The position numbers were made by a program, and so were the translations under genes. Positions 22,648 to 36,200 of a stretch of 64,000 bases of DNA are shown in pieces. This DNA comes from Vitrella brassicaformis CCMP3155 (lineage: Eukaryota; Protista; Chromerida), in contig CDMY01000292.1 of assembly GCA_001179505.1 (NCBI GenBank), positions 67,574 to 131,573 of the forward strand, read 5' to 3'. The notes beneath the pieces were generated by a model. That model ran no database searches. It had not been told where the DNA came from and saw only the letters and a program-made list of their open reading frames with translations. Within the stretch, counting starts at the first letter, position 1; every line of letters begins with the position of its first letter.

Positions 22648-25600
22648 GTCAGCCATGCCATTCGTGACATCCTGGACGAGAGGGGTGGGCGCGGCGCTGT
22701 TGTCGCACAGCCCCTCGACGAGCTTCAGGTTAGTGCCCATGGACATACTCTTTCATTTCGAATGTGTGAATGCGTGTGTATGGCAGCCGGGGGGAGGACG
22801 GCCGCCCAAGTCCGTGGCACCGATGGCGGTTTCCCTTCAGCAACCGAAGAGGTGCCTGTCTGCGTCCATTGTGCGTGCATATTCATAGCCTGCTTGTGTG
22901 TTTGTCTGCAGGGGCCGCCCACTGCCAGGGGGGCGGCTGGCAGGGGGGCGGCATCGACTTGAGCATCCCAGGTACGTCATTGCGTGGTCCACACGCACAC
23001 ACACGCAATGACGTACCACCCATCTCCCCCACCAGCAGACACACATCCATCCATTTGTGTGTGTGTGTGTGTCAGCTGGCCATGCAACATACAACCTCTA
23101 CATGCCGGTGACTATCTACCACACAGGCGGACCTGGTGACCTCCCCCCGTATCTCCAAGCGGTGGCCAGCAGCGGGGGCCTCAGCCAAGGCGTTCCCCTC
23201 GAGCCCAGCGCTGAAATCAAGATTAAGGTATCCATCTGAGGGGAGGGAGGGAGGGAGGGAGGGAGGGAGAGGCTGATGTGATGTGTGGTTGGCGTGATGT
23301 TTTGGTTTTCTCAGCCGATCCGGTCTCTGCTTAGTGTCGGCAAGCCCCAGATGATCATGATGATCTCGGAATTCATGGAAGAAATGAATAAGGTGAATGA
23401 GTGAGTGAAGAAAGGACGGAGGCTGTCTGTCTGTCTGTCTGTGGAATGTGGATACCCGTGTGTGTGTGTGTGTGTGTGTGTGTGTAGGGGCTGGCACTGC
23501 ATGCTGCGGACCCGTCGGCGCACTGGGACGAGAAGAAATGCTGCTTCAAGTGAGCACAGACATCCAGACACCTGCCACTCCTGTCATGTGCCTGGCCGGC
23601 TGCCGCCGGACTGCCTGCACATCAATAATTAGGATGCTCGAGACGCACATCGACCACATCCCCACTGGCAGTGAGAAAGGGGTACAAAGACACTCACTCA
23701 CCCACCCACCCACTCACTCATCCAAGGCACGTACGTCTACGGATGGATGCATGTGCCCGGGCGTGCGCACAGGTGTACTATGCCGTTGACGTGGGCGGGA
23801 CCAACTTCAGAGTGGTGCGCATCGAGCTCCTGGGTACGTCAAGATGATCAACACTCACGAACACACACATGGGTGCCCACTCGCCTCGGCTGCATGTGCG
23901 TGTTTGTCATGTGTGTGTAGGTGACGGCAAGATCGGCAAGACGTCGCGCATCAAGCGAGAGTGAGCTTCCTACCCCGCACAATGATGCACTTTGACGCGT
24001 AATGACGGTGTGCATGTCGTGTGTGTCAATCACACCGATCCATCCACCCTTCGATCAGTCTCAAGCAGCTGCCGCCCGCGCCGGAAAAGCCAAAAGGTAT
24101 GCTCACACACACACGCACACACACACACGAATGAAAGCATTCATTTGTGTGTGTGTGTGTGTGTGCGTGTGTGTGTGTGCAGGTCTGTTGGATGCGTCCG
24201 TCAAGCAGAGTGAGTTCTTCGGTTACCTCGCCGACCAGGTCATCCAAGTCGGCAAACACGAGGTGGGTATCTGTGCATCCGTGTGTGTGCGTTTGTATGC
24301 GTGTCAACTCGTTCTCTCTCCCTGTCTGTCTGTGTGTGTGTGTAGGGCGACATTGCCGGCGAGGGATTGGAGGGCGAGGCCAGCCCAGTTCTCGGGTTCG
24401 GCTTCACGTTCTCGTTTCCGACGCAGCAAGACGTCCGTGGGCTCTCCCTCCCTCACGCACACAGACAGCCATGCGCACATCTGAGTGTGTTGGTGTTGGT
24501 GTGGACGTGCAGCAAAAGAACCACGCCATCCTGAGCCACTGGACGAAGGAATGGGACACGGGTCGTGACTACACTGGCACCGACGAGTGCATCGAAGGGA
24601 GAGACGTAGGTCACACAAACATACACACACACACACGACAGGCACACGCGTGTTGCTCTGTGTGTGTGTGTGTGTGTGTACAGGTGGGTCAGATGTTCGA
24701 TGACGCCTTCGCCAAGAAGGGCGGCCACGCAAAGGTGCATGGGGTCATCAACGACACGGTGGGCACCCTGCTGTCGTGCAGCTATGAGAACCCCCACCTG
24801 CCGCCCGTCTACATGGTGCGCAAGGCACCAACCACACACACGCACACACACACACGGAGAGAGAGAGAGAGAGAGATGCACCCCTCTCTTTCTGGGTGTG
24901 TGTAGGGTTTGATACTTGGCACCGGCAGCAACGGGTGTTACTACGAGCCCAAATACAAGCAGTACAGCTACAACGGGAAGCTCATCAACATAGAGTTCGG
25001 CAACTTCAACCGCTCCCTGCCCGAGACCGACATTGACAAACAGGTCACACAGTCACACACACACACACACACACAAACAGAGGCAGAGAGAGCACGCCTG
25101 TGTGTGTGTGTGTGTGTGTGTGTAAGGTCGATGCGGATCTGTCCAACAAGGCCGATGTGGGCAGACAGCGGTTCGAGAAAATGGTGAGTGGGCCCACAGC
25201 GCCCCCACCCCCCACCCACCATCCAGTGGTGTAGTGTGTTGTGTGTAGGTGTCGGGCAAGTACTTGGGTGAGATCTCCCGGCGGTTCGTGTGCTCCATCA
25301 TGGCGGACAAACTCAAGGGCACCAAGGCAGAGTACGTGCCACACCACACCACACCATCAATGTGTGTTGATGGGCGTGTGTGTCTGTGTGTGTGGGTGTA
25401 CGCGCGCAACACACAGGCTGATCGACTCCCTCAAGTCCGAGCATGCCTCCAAGATTGTGCAGGACGAGTCGCAGGTTGGCGACCCTCACACACATCGCTA
25501 CACATGCTTACCCATTGGTTCTGTGCGTGTGCGCACTCAGAATCTGGAGATCACGTGCTTGACGCTCTTCGAGCAGGTAGCTATGGGGCAGCACAGACAT

Positions 25601-26665
25601 GCACACAGTTGCAGGCACCTGTCTGTCTGTCTGTGTGTGTGTGTGTGTGTGTGTGTAGTGGGGTGTGACGTTTTCCCTCAACGAGCTGCGGGCCATCCAG
25701 GAGATATGCAGGCTCGTCTTCGACAGGTACACGAGTTCCGTCAATGCGATGGATGCTCGCCACGCGCACCCGTGTTGTGTGTGTGTGTGTGTGTGTCGAC
25801 ACACAGGTCAGCGTCCTTGGCGGCGATGTCCATAGTGGCGGTGGCTCTCAAGGCAGACAGGATCGGCAGAAACGGTACTCACGGATTGTGGGTGCATTGT
25901 GTGTGTGCGTTGTCTGAATGCACGTGTGTGTGTGTGTGTGTGTTCCGTTGTTGTGTGTCAGCCGAGGGGATGACGGTGGCGATCGACGGCTCACTGTACA
26001 CACAAAACCCATGGTGGGCATGATGGCATGGCACATCCATCCCCCAATGGAGCTTCCCCCCCCCCCCNNNNNNNNNNNNNNNNNNNNNNNNNNNNNNNNN
26101 NNNNNNNNNNNNNNNNNNNNNNNNNNNNNNNNNNNNNNNNNNNNNNNNNNNNNNNNNNNNNNNNNNNNNNNNNNNNNNNNNNNNNNNNNNNNNNNNNNNN
26201 NNNNNNNNNNNNNNNNNNNNNNNNNNNNNNNNNNNNNNNNNNNNNNNNNNNNNNNNNNNNNNNNNNNNNNNNNNNNNNNNNNNNNNNNNNNNNNNNNNNN
26301 NNNNNNNNNNNNNNNNNNNNNNNNNNNNNNNNNNNNNNNNNNNNNNNNNNNNNNNNNNNNNNNNNNNCCCTCTCTCTCTCTCTCTCTCTCCGTCCGTGTG
26401 TGTCCTTCGACAGGTATCAGCATCGACTGAAACAGGTCCGCTCGGCGCACAGGAGAGATCGCTGACGGGATTACCACATGTGCATGCATCTCTGCCGTGT
26501 GGCTGTGTGTCTGTCTGTCTATCTGTCTGTGTGATCTGGTGGTCGTGTCAGCACATCGTCGACATAGTAGGCAGAGAGGACGCCCAGAAGGTCCATCTGC
26601 AGATAGCCGACGACGGCAGCGGCAAGGGCGCGGCCGTCATGGTGGCCGCAGACCAGCAGGCGTGA
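22648..26665 (+). CDS. HK: Hexokinase (apicomplexan-type), with an in-frame N-terminal extension of unknown function; true start not resolved
   Basis: Exons give GLALHAADPSAHWDEKKCCFKMLETHIDHIPTGSEKG, YAVDVGGTNFRVV, GFTFSFP, HWTKEW, INDTVGTLL, GLILGTGSNGCYYEP, INIEFGNF, FEKMVSGKYLGEI and DDGSGKGAA; stop 26663-26665. The core starts at exon 23315-23392, and the upstream exon ending EIKIK (23227) joins it in phase 0. A gap at 26068-26367 lies within the gene. Confidence 0.93.
26068..26367. other. Scaffold gap (300 N)
   Basis: Run of N following a poly-C tract. Confidence 1.
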
Positions 26666-27093
26666 CATATATATGCTCATGTCTGTGTGCGGGGACGGGC
26701 AGATCTGTCTGCTGCTGGTGGGTGGGTTAGTAAATGAGTGTGATGGGGCGCTTCAGTACTTAGGAGCTCGGTGTGTGTGGTGGGCCGGTGCTACAGCAAT
26801 TAGCTTTAATTTAGGGTGTGTCTTTTGCTCTGTGGCGATTAGTATGGCTGCAGCCAATTCGTTGATCGAGCGTTTGTCCGTCGTGCGTATTGAATTTTGT
26901 CTGTTGGGACTGCCAGACTGAGATGCATGATCTCTAGCACCAGAAAGACAGAGAGACAGAGGTTGCCGAGCGTATTGGACACGACAAAGCCAAATAGCCA
27001 GCAAAGGCCAAAAGCCAAATAGCCGGCAAGGAAAGCCAAAATCGCTCGAACAACACACACAAGAAATGTCCTCCTGGTCTTCACGAGCTGTCT

Positions 27094-28058
27094 TCACCCA
27101 CCCCACACATATGCCAGTGTGACGGGCTCGCCCGTGTCACCGTCCACCTGGCAGAGGATCTCGCAGCCATCTTCAGGGGCGGGCAGTGTGCTTGACGAAG
27201 ATGCTGCGGTGGATGCAGTCTGCACGAACAGACAGGAGAGAATCATGTGTGTGTGTTCTTCCTTCCTCATGATTTGTACAGGTGAGCTTGCCGAATGTGT
27301 GGATGTCGACATGGCCTTGTCGTCCGGGTCCTCATCGGCTAAGAACCCGGGCCAGGTGTAGTCCAGAGGGACGTCTTGGCCCTCCTCTCCATCCACTTGG
27401 GTCATGAGCTGGGGCTCCCCACCGTCTCTCGCGTCCACCAGCAGATCGGCCACCTCCTGTGCACACACACATGAGTGTGGTGTCTGCGTGAAGGCCTCCG
27501 AGCTCAAGAGGCACCCACCCCACCTGCACGACTCGTTTGAGCTTCTCGTGCAAGGCCCGCTCCTCCTGGTCGCAGAACTGAACAGACAGACACAAGACAC
27601 ACGCACCAATGTGATGCAGGTGGGTGCGGAGATCGCCGGGTTGTGTGTGCTTTGCAGCCTCACGAAGCCGAGGGCTTCGATCTGTTTCTGAGCGCACACA
27701 GACACACGGACGCAGAGCAGAGAGCAGGGACAGAGAGAGAGAGATGATTGACCCGTGTGTGAATGGTGTGAACCATCCACCAACCGTCAGTTGGATGGCT
27801 TGGTCGGTCAGCACGCGGCAACGGGGGAGGTCGGTCACGGTCTCGGTGCCAGACAGCCGCATCTGCATCACACGCAAGCCCCAGACTTCTCACACCCCAG
27901 CAGTCACCCCCACTCACCATCATGAAGCCCTTGTTGACGACCTTGTCCAGGAGCTGTAGGCGCCGCTCCAGAGCTCTGCGGGCCTTCTCCCGTCGCCAGA
28001 TGAAGGCCCCACAGAACGAGGCGGCGCAGAAGATGGCGCTCAGCTCGAGGACCACCAT
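27094..28058 (-). CDS. Hypothetical protein with an N-terminal hydrophobic anchor (multi-exon)
   Basis: ATG 28058: MVVLELSAIFCAASFCGAFIWRREKARRALERRLQLLDKVVNKGFMM. Further exons bounded by GT/AG (MQMRLSGTETVTDLPRCR; QIEALGFVRLQSTHNP; FCDQEERALHEKLKRVVQ; EVADLLVDARDG...LDYTWPGF); stop at 27094. Confidence 0.65.
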
Positions 28059-28543
28059 GATGGTTGATTGGGAGGAGAAGGGGGATGGACGGGTAGGGCT
28101 GTCGAGGGACCTTGGGGGGAGACGGGGCGACAAAGATGCACGGAGCGATAGATGGCGAGAGGGGACCGAAGAGAAGATCTGCGCCGCGACAGAACGTCGG
28201 ACGTTATTGTCAACGGCCAATCGTTGGTAGCAATGTCACTGTGCGGGGAATATCATCGAAAAGCTGCGGTGTGCTGTCCTTCATGATGAGTGAGTGGGAC
28301 AGGCGGATGTGCCCTGCCTGGAAGTTGGATGAGTGTACAGGACGCACACATAAGATGACCACCGAAAAAGGGTCTCTGTGTCTGTCCGTCAGCTGAATAA
28401 AGGGCGTACAATCAACTACCTCGAGCTCGACACATCCACAGCACACAAAGCCAGTGTGTCTGTCTGTCTGTCTCCCAGATATATATCTCTCTCTACAGTA
28501 CACACACATCCGCTCATCGCCCCTCCCCCACGCACACGCGCCA

Positions 28544-29308
28544 TCACACGGGCGTGATGATGTCGGTGCTCTGGGGGTTTCTTGATTGTGACGCCGGCAG
28601 TGCGGCGGCCGCCGGCGCGTTGTTGCTGCTCGGTTGTGATGGTGCGGGAGGGGGGAGGGGGGCGTCGGCATCGTCCTCGGGCTCCTCCTCCTCGTCCTGA
28701 TGACGACACACACACGCAATGAGTCCAGCCCACGGTATGTGGTCGCCGTGACTGACTGACCTCTTCCTCGTCTCCCTCTGAGGATTCTGTTGTGAGCAGA
28801 TCCTGAACACGACACGCCACATCCATGTGTGTGTGTGTCGGTGGACGGCCAGCTGTGACGTGACTGTCTGCCCAGCCTACCTTGAAGACCCGCATCGGCT
28901 CGAACGGCCTGTAGGCCCAGATGATCTGACCGATGACATGACCGACATGGCCATCAACACACACACACACACACGAGACACATGACGCAGTCACGGATGG
29001 ATGGATGGATGACCTGCTCTCTCTCACCGTGGCGTAGATGCCGAATTCGACAAGGTTTTGCATCAAGAGGTACAGCCAGTCGTCCCACCCGTTGGCATCT
29101 AACACGGACAGCTGCACACACCACACCACACCCCATCCCACCCAAACGCAGAACGTTGAGATAGATGCCCAGCCCAGCCTTGCTCCCCTCCCTCCCCTCT
29201 CTGTGTGTGAGTGAGTGCCGACTTTGAAGAACAGGAGGAAGGTCGGCTTCATGATGTAGATCACAAACACCCACCGATATAACCTGCAGAATGAGGTGCG
29301 AAGAGGGG

Positions 29309-29340
<32 letters not shown>

Positions 29341-31203
29341 ATGGGCACCTGTATGCGTCAAACTTCTGGTACAGCTCTGCGGTACTCAGCGAGACGGCAG
29401 ACTCGGTGATCGACCCCTGATGCGCACCACCACATACACAGACAGACAGACACACATCGGGCCTGCCTTCTCCACATCTGCAGTGTGTCTGTCTTTCCTC
29501 CTCACATTAAGCATGGCGATGTTGAAGTTGATGGCGACGATGATGCACAGGTAAGCCAATGCATGCAGGATGTAGCGCGACAGCTGACGAAAGATAGAGA
29601 CCCACCATAGGCAGACAGACAGACAGACAGAGTGCACCGACCACACCCACCTCATAGCCGCTGCAAGTTGGCCCCTGGCAGGTCACTTGGAAGAGCCCCA
29701 GGTAAAAGGATATCACACAGATCCCAGCCGAGAAGCGGACCTCGGTCATGCTCAGATTCGAACGAAGAATCTTCCAACCTGCCCACCCACCACAGCCCGA
29801 CACACAGATAGATACACACACACGCATATCATCAACGAGCGCCAGCCGTCCTACCGAGCGCCACAAGCAGGTACATCATCAGAGAAATGATGTCCTGCAT
29901 CTTGCCAACGATGCGCGGAATCTTCCTGCAACAAATCAAACCCAGCCACAACACACACACACACACACACACACATACACATACACACACTCATCGACAC
30001 CGCACATGCCATCCATGTGCCTCCCTCCCCGCCCTTCGCACCCACCCACCTCTGAAACCGTTCGAGCGACCCCTTAGAAGAGAAGAGCACGAAGTTTTGC
30101 CAGTAGAAGACGAGATAAAGGCTCTTGGACAGCAAAGTGGCCAGCATGATCCAGTGGATGGCCGTCTTCCGCCGCCGCCAGCCCGTCACCAACAGCAGGA
30201 ACAGCAGCGCCGTGCTGATCAACCGACCAAGGCACACAGAGGGAGGGAGGGAGGGAGAGAAGATGTCGGCATTCCATCAAGCTGAGTGTTCACACCGGGC
30301 TAACTGACTGACCTGATGAGATAGACCCAGATCATGGTGAGGAGCACGGGCATCATGGGTATCTGGTCGAAGCTGAGGTGCTGCTCGTCGTCCTTGCCGG
30401 GGTTGACCAGCCGGATCTTCCCCGTGAAGCGAAGGTCCTGCTCGTCGCCGTTGACGATGATCAAGGTGTAGCGGTCCAGCCATTCGACCGTCTTCGTCAT
30501 CGATATCTTGGACATCAGCGGCTGACGCTGAGGGATGAAAGATGAGATGGACAGCCAGACAAGTGTTTGTATGGCGTGTTGGGCGGCTTGGTGGCCCTCT
30601 CACTCCACTCACCCAGTAGGCCATGAAGTTGGTGTTGACAACCCGTGCCTCTGGCGACGTGAACGACGGCAACACGTGGGGCGTCGAGCTGCGAAAGCGA
30701 CTCTGACCACAGCACGCAGCACAGCACAGCACAGCACAGCACAGTCGTCCCTGTGATTTATCTGTCTGTCTGCCTGCCGGACCGACCAGTTGTTCCGACG
30801 TGAGAATCATGAAGAAGGTGTTGTTGATATCCGTGGGCTGGTGCAGCTCCAGCTCCACCGTCATGACGCCGCCCGCCGCTATGCCGAAACTCTCAGCTGC
30901 CGGAATTCTGATGTCCTCCTGTGAATGAATCACGCCCACAGACACACAGACACTCACATGACTAACAAACAGACAGACACGTGCTCTCTTTGTTTGTGTG
31001 CATTCGGTGTGAGCCAACTGACTGACCATGGTCATCCGCGGCACTTGGACCAGCGGGATGTAGGCGTCACTGGTCGTCTGCGGCGTGTCGAAGTCCTTGG
31101 TGATGGCCTCGCACCGCAGCGGAACACACAGGGCGAGCAGAGCCACACACGCAGACAGACGCATCCACCTCCGAATTCGCCGTCTTGGTGGATCCGTCGT
31201 CAT
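28544..31203 (-). CDS. Signal peptide + lumenal domain + seven-transmembrane protein, GOST family (GPR107/GPR108/GPR180-like)
   Basis: Leader MRLSACVALLALCVPLRCEA; lumenal domain ending YTLIIVNGDEQDLRFTGKIRLVNPG...HLSFDQIPMMPV; serial hydrophobic segments with family-like motifs (IHWIMLATLLSKSLYL, LMMYLLVALGWKILRSNL, YRPFEP); acidic/Pro-rich tail. Family assignment is from motif recall. Confidence 0.78.
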
Positions 31204-31313
31204 GATAGATTCAGATCTGCGCAGATGTCGGAAAGCCTCTCCTCCATCCATCTGTCCTCCCTTGTGAGCTAAGCTCGCAGGTGGAGATAGATCGGTCGAA
31301 GGAAAGCGATTGA

Positions 31314-32640
31314 ATGCTCTCTGCGCTTATCATCCTCTGCTTGACGTCCGTGACATATCTGAGCAGCGCCTTCGCGTTTCCCGTCAGATCTGCACAGATG
31401 CCTTTCAGACCCAGTGGCACGTCCATGCCCAGCTCATCGGTCTCCATCCGCCTAGGGGTGGAGGAAGACATTCCCAAGGCAGCGTCCATCTGCTGTGATG
31501 CATTCAACACCCTCTGCGCCAGTGTGGCCCTGCCGCCCGAGTTCAACTCACCCGCAGACATCGAGCATTTTTTTCATTCACTCATGAAGAGCGACAGCAA
31601 GGCGTTCTTCGTGGCGGTGGATGACGAAAGCGGCGAGCTGGTTGGCGGCAACGGGGTGGAGCATGTGGATGAGTCTGTGGCCAGCATCGGGTGGGTGAGG
31701 GAGAAGGGAGAAGCGATGGCTTGGTGCCACGTCTGTGGGCTGTGTGTGTGCAGGCCTGTCTTTGTGCTTCCTGGGCTGCAGAAGAATGGCGTCGGTCGGG
31801 CACTCATGGAGACCGTCATCGACTGGGCCAACAGCAGAGGTGGGTCAGGGTGCGGGTGAGGGTGAGGGTGAGGCAGATCAGAAGCAGAAACGACCACCAT
31901 TGCATTAATGCAATACAGGCGCGCCTTCGATCCGGCTGCAGCAGCTGGCCTCCAACGTGCAAAGCTTCTCCCTCTACACACGCATGGGCTTCATCTGCCG
32001 CAAGCAGTGCCTCCATCTCCGGGGGTGGTGCCTGTCGTCTTCTGCACCGTCGCCATCCGCCCTATCCCCCGCATACACGCTGCGGCAGGCCACGGGCGAC
32101 GACGCAGGAGAGGCGGCCGAACTGTACCACCGGGTGACTGGCGAGAGGCGGGACAACCAGATAAGGGAGGCCTTCGAGCACCAGATGGAGGGCCACCCCG
32201 CTAAGGCCTACGTGCTGACCGACAAAGGATCCGGCAAAATGGGTATATCCGTACGTGTCGACTGATGGAATGAGCGCATACCTCTCTCTGTTCTTCTCTC
32301 TCTCTGCTTGCTTTGCTTTGACTCAGTTGCCTACACTGGCCAGCTGTATTTCTTCACCCACTCGTGTGCGCTGACCGAGGATCACTTCGTCGAGCTGGTG
32401 ACGCGCGTGTGCGACGAGTGGGCCAAGGAGATGCCGCCACGCGAGAACGACCACCTGATCCCGCCCACTGCCGGCCCGCCGTCCTTTTTGCTGCCCGTCG
32501 ACTACCCCAAGCTGGCGAGAACCCTCCTGGACAGGGGCATGCGGACGGTCTCGCTGACGAATCTGATGAGTATCGGGGAGTGGAGAGATGGCGATCTTGC
32601 GGCGTACAATGGCGTGTACGTGCCGAGTGTCGGCTATTGA
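31314..32640 (+). CDS. GNAT-family N-acetyltransferase with signal peptide / bipartite leader and a bacterial-type C-terminal second domain
   Basis: MLSALIILCLTSVTYLSSAFAFPVRSAQ leader. GNAT motifs FFVAVDDESGELVG, IG-PVFVLPGLQKNGVGRALM (motif A, Q-x-x-G-x-G) and SFSLYTRMGF. C-terminus SFLLPVDYPKLARTLLDRGMRTVSLTNLMSIG...VYVPSVGY; stop 32638-32640. Confidence 0.85.
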
Positions 32641-33259
32641 GTGTTGTTTTTGGTGCTGCATGCCTTCCGTCCTCGATTTTGAGCACGTGTGTGAATGTGC
32701 GAGTGTGTGTCAAAGCCAGACACACAGTAGTTCCCCTTGTTAGCATCTCTTGAGCGTCATGATGCCCTTCTGACTGCCCGGTTGCTGCTGAGACGCGGCA
32801 CTCAGGCATTTCACGTGGGGATCGTCACGTGCAAGAGACGCCGACGACAGGGACCAGAGGCTAAGCCTATGCTCTGTGTGTGTGTGTCATTGCGTGTGGT
32901 GAAAATACCCATATATGAATCACCCTTAAAATACCACGCAAATGTCTGTCTGATGCGATTAGGGCTGAGTGTCCGTACGTACCGACATCCGATCCATTGA
33001 ATGAGTCAGTCGTGCCACATGACCATCCCTGTGTGTGTATATATTCGCATATATATCAACACGCCACCAAAACTGGTCGGTCCGTCATTCACGCACCACC
33101 CACGCACTCACTGTCAGTCAACAAACACGCAGACAGACACAGCACCGACACGACCACGACAGCACCCGTTAGTTGACCACCGACGCACCCCTCATTGACC
33201 CCATCTGCTGCTGCTGACCACCCCCTCCAGCAGCAGCAGCAGCAGCAGAGTTGGCGGCA

Positions 33260-36200
33260 TCAGCATCTGGTGCTATCACGTCTCCCCCGTTTGGGGGGTT
33301 GTCGGTGTAGTTTGGATGGGCGTCGGGGGATCAAGCCGACGATAGGAATGATATCTCGCTGCACGAGTGAGAGAGAGAATGGGTGGGTGTGGCTGCATAT
33401 GTGTGTATTCCGTCTCCCCCTAGCTACCGACCTGTCGTTGGACACTGACCGCACCGACTCGCGCCTCGACGGCCTCTCCTTAACGCACAGTGGGGCCGCC
33501 TCATTAGTAGTATCTGACAGCCCCCCAACACCAGCTTTGGAACACGCCAGTGTCTGAGGAATGACACACAAGCTTGTCAGACCTGAGTAGTCGTCATGTC
33601 TCCCTCCCTCTCTCTCACTCACCGGCAGTCGTGTGTCGTCTTCTGTTCCGATGCCCTCTACTCTCTGCCTGACGGCCTCTGTGAGCGCTTCGCGGCTGCT
33701 CTCCCCTTCAACGCCATCAAATGAGGACGGGGAAACAGCTACCGGCGCAGCATATGGGGGAGGGGCTGCATCAGGGGAATGGTCGTCCCTGCCCTCCCTG
33801 GGAGTGGCCATCTCGCTTCCCACGGTCTTGCCCAGATCCACCAGCTCGCACACAGACGGCACGCCCCCAACCACCGCCTCGTCCCCCCCACCAGCACCAT
33901 CCTCCTCCTGCTGCTCCTGTGGCTGCTCGTGGAGCTTGAAGGGCACCATGTCGAGCGCACTGCCGCCGAGGGGCCGCCTCTTAACGGTGGCGATGAAGGA
34001 CTGTGATTTGGACGAAGCGAGGGAGCGGGCGCATGGTGAGGATGAGGGGGTGGTTGGGGGCTGGGAGGTGGGCAGCAGGTGGGTCGCCTGGTCGTGCAGA
34101 GACTGCATCGCGTCACTGCGTGCACATGGAGAGAAGGCCAATGGGATGCCGCTGTGGCTGTCTCTTTTGTCTCTGCTACCGCTCAGTGCTCGGTCACCTG
34201 ATGGTCCTGAGCTGGTGTTCCATCTGCAGCTTGAGGTCTCTTATGGCAGACAGGGAGAACCGCTGCAGATCCGCAGACATCTCAATCCGCTCCTGCAAAC
34301 GACAAACATCATGTGACTGGCGCCGACGTGCGGCTGGTTGATCAATTCGTGCACCCTGTCGATCTGTCTGCGTATTTCCTCGAGCGACTCGTCGAACGAT
34401 ATGACGTTGTCCCTCACACGCCTGCCCAGCCCCATCCCCACCCCCGCCCCCACGCCGCACCCCAGCATCCCCACAGTGGACTGAAGCTGCAAAGGCACAC
34501 GCACACACAAACAGACCACCATCCCGCACGAGCTCGTGCATCAATCGCCCCCTCCCCGCCCACCGACCCACCTGTCGGAGCACTGCCGTCCGTGTGTGCA
34601 GCTCCTCCTCAAAAATCTGCGCCCTTCTGCGCCAGAAGTCCAACTGCGCCTGCACGTCATGCGGGCCTCCGGACACGCCCACACCAGCCCCATCGGCTGT
34701 GGACGGGGTGGGCGTGGGTGTGGCCGTGCGGGACTCGCCCACCTCCACGCCCTCGTTGTCACTTGCTGCTGCATACACCCATGAAAGGACGGATACACAC
34801 CACATGCATCTGACACAGAGAGACTCACTACGGTGCTCACTCGGCGTGAGTCTTCGCTCGCGAGGCCTCCTTTCCTGCGGTGGCGGCTGTGGGCCGTCCA
34901 GAGAGTGAGGAGGGGGCGGTGGGGGGACCATGGGGTGCTGGCAGAGTGATGACGGCGGTGGAATGGTCAAGAGAGGGGAAGAGCCTGGGTGTCTGGAGGG
35001 GGCTTGGGAGGGAGGCCCGCTCAGCTGCGATCGGAGGGTGGCATTCTCGTCCTCCAACACCTGAGAGCAGAATTGACGCATGAACGGCTTTTCTTCCGTC
35101 TGTGTGTCATTGAGCGGTCCGGATTTACCCTTTGGCCGTGCTCCTTTTCCTCGATGAGTCTTTTGAGCCGCTCTTCCCTCTTTTCGTACTTGTTCTGCAC
35201 TGTCTGCAGGTACTTGACACTGCCCCGGTGCAGCCACTCGGCGCGGCTCTCCGCCTCCTCCACACGCCGCTGGTACTCCCTCAGCAAAGCATCCTTCGCC
35301 TCTTGCTGCTGCTCTTGCTGCTGCTGCTGATCGAGCGGCTCCTCTACTGCAGCAGCAGCAGCAGCAGCAGGGGCGCCGTTGCACGCCCTGCGGACGGCCT
35401 GAAATGTGTGAGAGACATATTATATCCACATCTGCCTGTGCAGTTGTGTGTGTAGTATCCGTCATCCTACCACTGGCCGTGCCCCCGGTGGCTGCGATGA
35501 CGATCGCCGGCTCGGTGGCAGCATCGACAGGTCGGGAACAGCCTGCACAATGGACAGGTACACACGTGTCCACGAGTGCATGGGCGGGAGACCCACTCAT
35601 GTGTGTACGTGTGTGTCTGGTCTCGGCTGGTAGGGGAATGGTCGCAGAGCTGCGGCTCTGTTGTTGGTGTTGAGGCGGATGAGGGTGCGATCGATATGGA
35701 TGTACTGCTGCCGCCTCGTGTGCTGGATCAGCCGGGAGTCTGACGCCATAGCTAGAGTCGACAGGGACGCCTAGACACACAGAGGGACAGTATGGGTGAG
35801 TGTGTGTGTGTGTGTGGGTGGGTGTGGGTGTGGGTGTGGGCGTGTGTACCCACCGCTCTCTGCTGCAGTCCGGCGTTGAGGCAGAAGACCATACACAGGC
35901 CGGTATCCTTCTGCAGAAAGTCATACAACACACGCGTAAGCACGCTCTGCCGTCGGTCGGACTCCTTCAAACTGCCCTCCTGTCCACACACAACGACACA
36001 CGCCACCGTCTAATGGACGCACTCGCCGGTCTCTCCTTTGTCCCTGCCTGTCTGTCTGCCTGCCTGCCTGCATCTTTCTGAGGAGGCGGTTGAGCGATGA
36101 GAGTGAGTTGTTGAGGACACGAGCGCTCGACCGCCCCTCTGCTGTCGGGTTCTCGTACTCCTTCTCACTGCCAGCCAGATCCACCAGCGTCAAACAACCC

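Noticed and set aside
34194-35933. 579-aa minus-strand ORF as a separate gene
   Set aside because: Reads through kinesin introns (THTHTH, CVCV) in mixed frames; explained by the kinesin tail exons.
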